64,000 nucleotides of DNA from Candidatus Omnitrophota bacterium (lineage in GTDB: Bacteria; Omnitrophota; Gorgyraeia; Zapsychrales; Fredricksoniimonadaceae). Position numbers and translations under genes: made by a program. Shown here piece after piece: positions 43,901 through 55,900 of the stretch (the stretch's first letter is position 1; each line of letters opens with the position of its first letter). The stretch is from NCBI GenBank assembly GCA_028870995.1, contig JAGWOI010000002.1, forward strand, positions 46,463-110,462, in the 5' to 3' direction. The notes under the pieces were generated by a model. It did not search any database. It was not told the origin of the DNA and was given only the letters and a program-made list of their open reading frames with translations.

Positions 43901-46900
43901 AAGGAGACATAGAGGCAACCTCCATGCTGGGAGCGCCGGGCACGACGCTGCATATGCCGGCCGGTATGCAGGTGGGGGATGTGGTTGTGGCCAACACGGA
44001 TCATAATCCGGCGTCGAACAATGAGATGGCGGTGGCGGTTGGTCTTGATAACAAAAATATGGTTACCAAGACGTATACTGGCGAAGGGATGAGTTTTGTA
44101 AATGCGGCTTTCCAGAATATGCATGCAAGCGTTAAAGATATTCAAAATAACTCTGCTTTAGAGACGGTAACCGGCCAGTATAAATTAGGAGTTACACTAA
44201 ACAACAACGGTCAGTTCTTCTTGAATCCGAAGGCGTCGGATGCATCGAAGCTTAACATTACCGACAACGCACATACGTTAAAGGCGGCGTTCGGTCTTGA
44301 TAAGAACGGTGCCTTTTATGTGACGCCGGTGTTTGGCAAGGATGATGTTCTGTATCATTCTTCCGGCCCGGCACAGGCCTTGCTGCCGTCAGGTTTACCC
44401 AGCGATTCATCAGCACCCTCTTCTTCAATAACACCATATCAGGGCATCAAGCTGGGGGATAATTACCAAATTAATTTGGTTAAAGATGAAAATCCATCTG
44501 TTGAAAAGATTTTGTTGGGTGAAGGGACACAGTTGCCGATAGTGTTGATGAAGAATGCCAAAGGAGACATAGAGGCAACCTCCATGCTGGGAGCGCCGGG
44601 CACGACGCTGCAAATGCCGTCGGGAGTGCAGGTCGGAGATTTGGCGATTGCGAATAAGGACCTGACGGTGGCGGTAGGTTTGGACAGCAGGGACATGGTT
44701 ACAAGAACGTATACAGGAGAAGGTTCTAGTGTCGAAAACGCTCAGGGCGGCCAGATTGCATGGACATTGTCTAACGGACATTTTCAAGTAGATTTACTTA
44801 CCCCCGCTTTACAGCAGGCTTTGACGCAGGCCAAGGGTGAAGCAGCCGATGAATTAAAGAAGAATGGCAAAGACCTTACTTGGCTTAACGGCCAAATCGC
44901 CTCTTACGAAGACCAATTAAGCAAGCTTAATCAGGATGTGGCAACACAGATAGGCCGCTCCTGGATTAATCCTAAAGGATGGGTTGATAATTCGAGGAGC
45001 CAAAGAGACGCTCTCGCCCAAGGATTGCAGCGATTGTATATGATGAAATTTGCTTTGACTATGTCCACGTCTGATTTGCTGGATATGCAAAAAGATTTAG
45101 GCGATAAACGGTACTACACGGTCCCGGGTGCCGTTATTGATGACACATTAAAACTCAAAGCGGTCAATGATATTTTGCAAACGGGAACGCCGCAGTCCCA
45201 AGTAATAGCTGCGTATTTAAAAGTACAGCAGAATAACGACCGTACCGTTGGAGAGCTTAGTTATTTTGCAGATTCCCAAAATAAATTGGCTGAATCGGGT
45301 GGCGATCACTTGATACCTCTTGGCGCCAATCAATATGAATATCCCTTGCTGTTTAAAAAGGGTATGGATAACCAAATTAGCGATTTTAAAAACGGCATGG
45401 GCCAGAAGCAAGATGATCTAACGGCACTCGTTAATATTTATAATTCCAACAAATCTTCGCTGACACCGGAAGTGCAGAAGATGGTTGAATCTTTGATAAA
45501 GAATACAGGGAAGCTAATTAGCGATATAAATACAGAAAATACTAAAGGAGGCGAGAATGGCGATGTTAATTTTGCCGCCATTTTGCAGACCAATGGATGG
45601 AGAACCTTTTGGAACAGCCGTAAATTTGATTATAACTATGACCCTAATTATGAACCGCTATCGGGAACAGGGAGATTTATAGGAACGATGTGGAATGGAG
45701 TCAAGGGTGGCGTAAGCTGGGTGGGTACTCAGATAGGAATTACGGGTATTAATGGGACCTGGGACTACCTGGTTAATGGTGAAAATAACTACGGAAATTA
45801 TTGGCACGCCTCGAACGAAACAGCTGCCGGAATTGCCACAGGGGACATACAGACATGGTCTCCTTGGGGAACTATTAAATCAGGCGTGACTTATGTGGCC
45901 GGCGTGCCCACATGGCTTGTTAATAGGCAAACCGGAAAGCAGGTTTTTGAATTAGCTTCACAGATGCCGACCGGAGAATATGATCCCTTTGCCGATGCTT
46001 ATAATAAAGGCGGGGCCTGGAAAATTGACTATTACGCAGGACATGCCAGTGAAGTTGTCTTAGAGACCGTTACCGCCGCCAGAGTCATGAGATTGGGGGC
46101 GCTTGGTTCGCTCACTCCCGCCGGTACACTCGCTGCGCCTACAGGAGCATTCTGGGGAACATTAGGGTTCGCCGAAGCTACCGGGTTAGGGAGAATGGCA
46201 TGGCAAGACCATAAAGGGGAAGGGCCTGTTAGTTCGGAAGAACTAAGCAACAATACTTTAGCTACCGTCATTGCTCCGGTGGTATTAGGTAAATTAACGG
46301 GGGCTATTAATTCGACCTATGGAGCGGCTCTGGCTAACACGGCCACCGGGAGATTTATAAACACGGTTATAAGCCCGCTAACAGAAACAGCCGGCGCCGA
46401 CGGGCAAATCATTCCCATGACCGCAGGTACGGCCTTGAAAAATGTTGCTATCAGCACAGGGACAGTCGTTGGGGGTGGTTTGGTATTGGCCAACGCTGGG
46501 ACAATGATAGGAGGGAACGGGCCGCTTACTTTAAAACAAGACGCTAAACTTGCTGGAGCATTGGCCTTGGTTAATACGGGAAGAATCGGCGCCGGGGCAT
46601 TGGCTAATGGTCTCACAGGAAAACTTGCAGGTCAAGGATTCTTAAAAGGAATAACAGCAGGACTTTCGCAAGAGATAAAGAGCGGTTTGGCAAATGCTGC
46701 GTTCACTAATCGGGCCTTATTTGGAGCGGCAAATTCACTGAATTATGGTGTGCAATTAGGCAGCGCGGCCGCTTCCTGGGGCATGATCAGCAATGAATGG
46801 CAAAATCCGCAGGCAGGATTTGGAGACATGATGTCTGTTGGTTGGAAAGATTTCAAACCGGCCTTTTTAACGGGTACTGCTGTTGGCGCATACTCTTCCC

Positions 46901-49900
46901 TTTCTTCTCCAACACTTGGTCTTGGCAATAAATTCTCTTCTCAAGTCGTAAAGTTCTTTTCGCCTTCTTCCAGGTGGAGCTATTTAACGTGGCCGACCCT
47001 GGCTGTAGGGGGCGAAGCATTATTGAATGGAAAAAATGCCACCGCCAAAGATTACATCGATGTGGCTTCTATGGCGCTAGGCGCACGCTATCTGGCAGGA
47101 GGCTTTGCAGCGGGGACGGCGGCAGGAGGCAGCGAAAAGGTGACAGGGTTTTATAAGTTTGGCGCCTATCTTACTAATCCTGAAATAAAAGGACTTACCT
47201 TGGCCAATGTTGGAAGATATTCCGCCTTAGCCGCTACGGGCGCAGTGGCCAATATTGCCAAGGATGCATTGGTTGGAGAATTTGAGCATGCAACAAACAT
47301 TTCGTTGGGCAATAACCTGGATATGTATGTAAAAAGAAACAACGAGGGCAGGATCGTGGCCCGCAGTGCCGTCGCAGCTCCGGGATATAATTTCGAATCC
47401 GACAGTGGTATCGGTGGTGAGCATTGGGACCGGCAGCTGGAAGCTTCTGCTTTTCGCGGCGCTTTTTGGGCGACAATGGCCGGATTGGCAGTTAAAGATG
47501 CAGGTAATATAGCAGGGAATTTCGAAAACAAGTTTGGTCTTGGGAAGATGGAAATGGCAGATTCTTCAGCCCAGCCTGCATCAACTATGGAAGGGCTGTT
47601 TGACAAAATTGCGATTAACCCGGCGGAACGGTTTGGTGCCCATGGCGCTTGGGGAGGTTTAAAATGGATACCCATAGGAGTTCAGTTCCCTGTTTACACC
47701 GGTGTTTATAAATCCGTGATTTTCGGTATAGAAAATAGATATTTGCCCAACGGCACTTTGCTCAACTTAGAAGACAAATCGGTTTCTCCGGATGAAGTTC
47801 AAACAAACTCTGGCGAGACGGCAACAGGTTTGGTCAGGATGTTTGACAGGGGAAGCTGGAGCCTTACCGACAAAGCAAAGGCAAGTCTATGGAACGCCTT
47901 TGTAACCGCCCCTGAAAGCGGGGTGACTTTGAATCCCATGATTGCGGCAACAACCTTGGCTAGAGAACCCGGTGGTCCTGCAAGTGAATGGAGAATCGGA
48001 TTACGGGACACACTGCAAAATAGCGGCTTGAGCGAACCATTGGGATTGGCTAAGGTGGCCGCGGTGGTAACAGGAATAGATGCCGCCATGGACATGACAT
48101 CTACAAGGCATTGGGTTGTCGCCAATCCGAAGTATCCCAACGAAGTTTATACGGTTAATGAGAACATTTCCACCGGGTTTGGCCCGGATACAGGTAATCC
48201 TTTCAGCGAAAGAAGCATCGGCAGTTGGGCTGGGCTGATCTTGGCCATGAAGCCATCGGCGGTATTAAGTAAATCCGAATATGCCATGGACCTTGCCGTC
48301 AAGCAAGCAAACGGCGGAGAACACGGCAGGGCGATAGAAACCCTTGATAATGCCATGGAAAGTCTTCCGCTGGAAAAACAGGCCCCGTTACAAAATTTAA
48401 GATATAACATCGCCCGCAACCAGGACGAACAGGTCTTTCAGGCCGGCAAAGGCAGGACAGCCGGTGTCAATGAAGCCGAATTAGTAAAGCCTTTGGAGCA
48501 AAATGCTGCCGAAAAGCAGTTAAACAACTATATCACCCAATTAAGAGCTTCCGGCAATAACGATTTAGCCGACCAGATGGAGGCAACGAAACAAAACGCG
48601 AACAGCCAAACATATTACAACCGGGCCATAAGCCTTGCCCAACAGGGCTATTTTAAAGCGGCCGATGATTATTTCAATCTTGCCGACGAGTCTTTGACAA
48701 AAGCCAGAACAGTCGATTCCCAAAATGGCAGCAAGTATTACCTGCCGCAAATGCAGATCATGCAGGGAAGATTGGAAAGCTTGAGGGTCCAGCAGCAAGG
48801 ATTGGAAAAGCCTTCCGTTGAATTAGCCGGCAGGATCGGCAAGGCGGCGGATGCCATCGACCAGTTTGTCAAGCAAGGCCTGGCATCCCAGGATGCCGCA
48901 ACCAGAAAAGTTTTCCAGAACATAAGCAGCAGTATAGAAGCAGGCCGGATTGCGGACAGGGCGGACATGATGATTAGATCCGGCTCGACAATAGACGCTG
49001 CCGGTTTATATGAAAAAGCCAGGGCGCTCGATCCGGACAATGCCCGGTATTATTTCTTGCGCGAATCGCAGGTCCGGGAGAAGCAGGGCGGGAAAGAAAA
49101 CCAGGCAAAAGCCATTGATTTGCTCAACAAAGCCGCTGATTTAACTGAAAGCGGCCAATGGTTGAAATCCAATGTCCGTTCTTATGAAACTTTCCGTGCG
49201 GCACAAAAAGAGATGGAATTGAATCCTAATGATTTGCAGGCGGCCGGCCGGCTTGACCAGGCACGCGATAAACTTGTCAGCGAGTTGACCAAGAAAGTCA
49301 ATGCAGCCCCCGAGGGAATACGCAACGGCATGGATAGATTTTTAGTGTCGGTTCTTCGCGAAAAGGCAGAGGCGCATTTGCAAAGAGGAGAATTTAATAA
49401 ATATTTCGATACTAGGCTTGAAATTTTTAACCGTGAGAATGAGGTTGGAAATGCCAGCGCCGCCGCTGATTTTGCCAGGTCGGCAGCCATCAAAGACACC
49501 GTAGACCGTTTATTAAGCAAGTATCTCAAGTCCGCCGTAGAAACGCCCGTGCAAGCCATAGAAACCCCGCAAGCAGCCGAGACGGCCAAGACATTAAGAG
49601 AAACAATCAGCACAGTGAAAGATAAAAAAGATATTTCCAGCGCCAGGTCATTGATTAAGGCGCTGGATGATTATTTGGGACAAAACGAAAGCCAATTGAA
49701 AACAACGGCGGGCCGTGAACTCATCAATCGAGCTACGGACATATTGACGAATATGAGCCAAGCCATGGCAGACAGTTCAGGAGTTAAGATGGAAGAGGCC
49801 ATGAATAAGGCCCCGGAAAATTCTATCGACAAGGCCAGGGCCGCGGAATCGTTGGCTAGAATTGCCATTTGGCAGGAAGCCATAAAAACACCGACAGCGA

Positions 49901-52900
49901 GCGGTTTAAAAGCAGGTAAAAGCAGGGTTACCGGATTGATCGATCAGGCCAAGAGAATGTATGAGGCAGCAAAAGATACAAACGGTATTAAGAGAATACA
50001 AGCACTAAGGGGTATGGCCGATGAAGGGTTTAATAATGCCGACCAGAGGCTAAAGACCGGATTGACAGGTCTTAGGAATGAAGTTCGGGTCATTATGGAA
50101 AGATTGGCCCAGCAGAATGCCGGCCGGGGCGGCTATCTTACTGTTGCCGATATAGACCCTGTTTTAGCCAAGTTGAATAAAGCAGAAGATCAGGGCATGA
50201 CTCCTGCCGAAATCGCCTTTTCCAAGGTGGCTTTATATGCCGAACGGGCAAGGTTGGGGGATGTAACCCAAAAAGCCACAGATCTGCAAGAAGCAGGGAA
50301 TGAACTGGCTAAGCTCAAGACTGCCAATTCTTCTGATGAATTCAAGGCACAAAATGCCGAACATTTTGATCAGGATGTCAAGGGGTTGGAATCGCTTTTG
50401 GAGCAGGTTCGTCAGGAACCTGTACAGGTGAAGACTTTTTCGGCGAACGATTCGGTTGTTACAAGGGATGCCATTATGAAGGAAAGGAACAAAGCTGAAG
50501 ACGGGACGGCCGAAAGCGCCCCTATGCCCTACGGTGAAAATGGCCGCGGCAGCAAGGTTGAATATAGGGATGCCGATGGAAAACTGGTAGGCACAAGGAT
50601 TGAATCAGGCAATGTCATTAGAGAAGAGTGGACCGTTCCCGGCTTGGAGCTGGGCGGCGGAGGAGCAGGGTTTATCGGAAGAGCACCGGATGGAAAATTG
50701 TTGGTGACCATCATTCATAACGGTGAAGACGCTATACGTACCCATGAAATGAAAGAAGCCATGGCATTAAAGTTACAGGAAGCCGCCTCCAACGGCAGAA
50801 TCAATCCCGAGGCTGCGGGGGCTGAAAAATTATGGAAGCAGTTGACGGTAGAGAGGTCTCCAGGCGTGCGTGTATTCAGATCTTCACACGAGTACGCCGA
50901 ACAATATTTGGCTGCGCCAAGCCCGGTTGAAAGAGCAGGCAAAACACAAGGCGAATTGGAAACTCCTGAATCCCAAGGACCTCCTGCGGTCGATTTAAGA
51001 TCCCCTGGAGTTTTTGCCGCCAATGATAAAGTCCTCGAACCATTACCCGTCAATCAACCGTCCACTCCTTCTTTTGAAAGAAAAGAAGCTCCCGAATCAT
51101 TTGCCCGTCTTTATGAAAATGTTTATGGCCCGCTGACCCCTGAAGCCCGAAGAGAAGCCATGGTGCGCCATAACATTGAACGGCTGATCTCACCTGAACC
51201 GTTGAGTGAAAAAGAAATAACTGAACGCACTAAGCGCGATTTGGTAGAGAAATATTTCCCTGCAACAGAGGAAGGAAAACCATTTTCAGGAGAAGAAGCG
51301 TTCTTTAATGAATCCATGAAGTCACCTGCGGCCTCTTTGACAAAGGAAGATTTAGAAAAACTGCCGTTACAAGAAAAGGTTGATGAGTTGACTAAGATGG
51401 CTTTAAGGCGGATGAGGGACAACTTCGTTGCGCAAAATCCCTCTGAAAATACACCCGGAATGTTTAAATACCGGGAGGGGCAGACAGCACTGACGCGCGC
51501 GGCGATTGAGTATATCGAAAGTTATGATCCAGATAAAAAAGGCCCGTTTGATTTAGTGACGATGTCGATGAACATGGGCGCGGGTAAATCGGCGTTGGCC
51601 GAGGCGTTGCCGGTGGTGGAGGAGATGACTGGTAAAAAACTGGCCTATGTGGTGGAAGATGCAGGTTTAAAGAAATTTATTGAAAATGGCGGGATCGAAG
51701 GATTTTATCGGCCAAAGAGCATTGATAACGGCATACTTGATCTAAGCCCGAAAGAAGGACAAAAAGGAGTTTTAGTTTTGAGCCAGGGAGAGCTTAAAAC
51801 CATTGATTTGAATCTTAAGAGCGGAAAATATACTGAGATTAAGACCCCGAGGGTCTTGTCAGACCATGTCGTTATTGTCGATGAAATCCAGAAAATGGTG
51901 ACCGACGCAGCGTTGGTGTTCGGCAAGAGTGATTCTTTCGGGAAGGAATGGATCGCCGAGAACGAACGCAAAAACAACGGCGCCTACCAACATTTGAAGA
52001 TAAGTAAGGAATTCGGCAAGGCCTTCATTAATATCTTGGAAAATACCATAAGCGAGAGAGCCGTAAGCGCCGGATCGGATAGGGCAGCCATTAACGAGAT
52101 GGTGACTTTAAGAACAGGCGAGAATGGGCAACAGATAGTTAATGCAACAAAGTTTAAAGATGACGTCAGGACAACCCTTTCCAAGAAACTCGAAGATTTG
52201 ATCAACAGCAATCCGGATTATGGCAAGCTCAACCTTGACATCAATAAACTATTGGATGCCGGGGCTGTATGGTATGAGGGTTTATTGCATGGCAGGATCA
52301 ACATCACCAGGGCCATTGACAGGCAAGGCTTTGCTGATGCCGGGCTCAACGGGAAGGAAGTTTTTAGAAACCTGGTTGACAATAACCTGCTGGAAGAAGT
52401 CTCCGAGGGTTCCGGGACGGGTATTCTTAAAGAGGGCATCAATAGAAAGACATTTGAAGATAGATTGCGGGAATTAAAGAACGAAGATGGTTCCCCGGTG
52501 TACAACAATGATCAGATCGAGACGATTTTAAGGGCGGTGGACAAAGGCCTAAAAGATGGAAAGATCGTTATCTCTCCCCGCCAGTTTGAGAATTTAGGTG
52601 AATTGTTACATAACCGTATCTTTTCAGACCAAAGCGGATTTAATGCCTTTTCGCGCGTCATGATGGCTTATTTGGAAGTCAAGGGCATTCCCGTCCCTGG
52701 CAAAGATAGAAATGACAGCGTTCCCGTGAACATGGATGATCTTGCTATCTATGCCCAGCATGTTTTACCGCATGAAACTCAACGTTCCACAGGGGCCGAT
52801 GCTTTGCATTTGGCTGGCCGTGTGCTTGGCTTGAGCGCCACCTTGGGTGATTCTCAAGCCCTGCTGCAGTCCATAGGATCAAGGTTTTGGCAAATACATC

Positions 52901-55900
52901 CCGAAGCGAAGCTGGAAGACATGAACTGGAGATTCCAGATCGAATCCCAATTGACCACCCGCCAGAGCATGGTCCGGGAGGCCGTCGGGCATGATTTCGA
53001 CAATCAAAAATTGTTAATACTTAACTCAGTTTTGGTACCCAAAATGATTGCTGAAACAGGAGAAGGGACAACAGGATTTATTAACTCCATTAAGAATCAA
53101 ATCAAGGAACAAATCAGAACCAAACTAAAAGCCCAGGGGTTGACCGATGATCAGGCCAATAAGCAAGCTGATCAATGGGTGAAAGACCATGATATCAAGG
53201 TGATCCCCGAATCAAATCTTAAGAATGGATTTAAGGATCTGGCCGAAGAGGGCATCAAGAAGCCGACCATTGTTTTTACTTCCATGCGTGAAGGTGTTTC
53301 CGTTGAAGTCAAAGACGTGCAAGCCATGCATGTGGATTTCAGCGTTCGTTCATTGGCAGAGCAATTACAGTCCATGGGCCGCTTGAATGTTTACAAGGAT
53401 AATAGACCAAGTTCCCGTACTAGGGGCGAATATAAATTAGTCATTAACACAGCCGACGATCCAAATTTAACATCCGACCAGAAAGCTCAGTTTAACAAAC
53501 TTGCCGAACTGCTCAAATCTGGCAATCAAAGAACAAAGTCCAGAGTGTATAGGGCAGCTGAGGATTATTTGGTCAATGCGGTGATGCGGGATTTCTCGAG
53601 GAATAAGTCTACCAGCAGCATTGTTCAAACCTTGCAAGACAATGGGATAAGCGGTGAGAAGATTTCGGAAGTGGTCAGCCAGGCCCGCAAAGGCCTGATG
53701 CTTCCGCTGATTGAGGGAAGGGTAAATGCCGGGAAGATATCAGGTGATAATACGGTTTTTGTGCCTCTCTCGAATGGGGCAAGAATGGAAGTCCAGTTGA
53801 ATGAGAACCGCAACTTTAATGCCTATAGGGAAGTTGCCATCCATGCCGCCAATAATCAACCCGAGACAAGCATTTCGGAATATGCAAAAATTCAACAGGG
53901 TCAGGTTTATGACAAGATCACCAATAGCGTGTGGACCAATGCCCAATGGAATTTGAAGCCGGAAATGAGGGGAACGCCGGTGGCGGCTGTCAAGGAATTG
54001 GACGTCCCAATTCCTGAAAGTGAGATGGAAGATTTTTCGCCCGACGCTCCTAAAACAGAGCCCCGGATGGTCCTTATGGGCGCACCTCAGCATGTGGTTG
54101 AGGGAAATTATGATGTGGTCAAATACGATATGCCGCTCCTCTCCAATGGAGAAATCATCCATGTACCCGTGACGTTTAAGCACAATCCTGTCTCCGGTCA
54201 ATGGGAACTCGACAAGGAACTGGAGCAAAACAAACATATTGTTGTTCCCAGCCTGGGGAAGGCCAGAGTTGAAGAAGCTACCAACTTACTGGGCCAGCAT
54301 TATTTTCGTTTCTTTAAGCCGTCTTCTAACGGCTCAGAGGAATTGATTGCCCTTGGCGTAGAAGGGCATTTGTTGAAACTTTCTCAAGAAGCGGCCAAGA
54401 AAGAAAAGCAGGTTTTTGAAATAGCCACGAAGAAGCAGGTCTTCTTCGGGCCTAAACGCGGTTATGAATATGTGCGCGGTAAGAATTTGTATAGGGTTGA
54501 TTTTAAAATGGGTGACCGGCAGGGAATGTTAATCAAGGAAGGAATGCTTGTTACTAACAGGGAACCCATTCATTTTGACGGGATCACCATCCAAGCCGGG
54601 GACCAGTTATTCCAGAGCAGGAATAATAATGGCGACAATGTTTGGGAGGTCAGGAATTCCAGTGGTACGCCGAAGGCATTGATTGTTAACGATACGGCCG
54701 CGCCGCTTGTTAACGGCCGCAGGGCCGTCATGGCGCGTGATTCTTTGCGGTTGGTCATGGAAGAGAACCCTGTTGACGGAAAGCCCTTGACCGTTGAAGT
54801 GCCGACAATCCATGAGTATGTCCGTGTAATGAACCCCCAGACTAAGCAGGAAACCTGGGAGCCGGCAGCCATGGTGGTGGACACTGATAAGCTGAAGGAA
54901 TCGCTAGGCATCCTTAAAGGAGACCGTATTGACCCCAATAGCGGGGTGGTCACCCATGGCAACGGCAAGATCAGGGGAATTTATTACAAAACCTTTTTCT
55001 ATAAGCCCGTAGTTAAAGAGGGTAAGGAGATCTTTGAGGTGTCCGTAGGCGGCGACAGTGCTCTTAATAAATATCGTCGCAATGACATGGTAGGTTTAGG
55101 CCTTATCAATGAAAATTATGCCGGGAGTACGGTGGATGTCAAACCTAAGGACTTTATCGATGCTGTCGCCTCCGTCAACCGAAGCTTGCAGAGAATAAAC
55201 GCATTGGGTGAATTGAACAGACAGGTTGGGGAAGAGGACCGCAGCGTTGTCATCAAGGAATTGACGGATGAAATGGAGGCTATGTTGGAACGCCAGCCAG
55301 GCGTCATCGTAGAGCGAATTACAGAAGGAACAGGAAAAGATGAAAGAACATATTTGCGTATCAAGGCCACCAATGAAGAAGGCAGCCGGTTCTTCGACAT
55401 GATGAGTTTCTTTAAAGGGAAGATCACGCAACTGGCCAATGAACAGATTGAAAAACATATAGCGCCTCAATTGCAAGAGAAAGCCATGGACAGGATTGAA
55501 GAATCTTTGAAAGAGCATCCCATGGAGATGGTTTTCGATCCTTATATGGAGCGTAAAGGTACGGCCGGACTGGCGGATAACAAACGCCTTTCCCTGGGCA
55601 CCAACGCTATGCTTGACATTCTACAGTTGAGTCCGGATGCCATGGAGGCCGGCGTACCGGAACATGAAGTTTCTCACATTGTCGAACGATTGTTGGCCAC
55701 AAACGGTATTCCTACTGTCGGCGGCGCTTCCCGTATCACCAACCTGCTTGACATCGCCAAACGTACAGATCGGGGTATTTATGTGGGCGATTATTCCTTG
55801 GGTGAGGTTTATACCCATTGGATCGAAGCTGCAGGGAAATTAGCCAACGCCCAGCGTGCCCTGGCCTTAGGAGACAAGAAAACATTCACGGCATTCGTCA

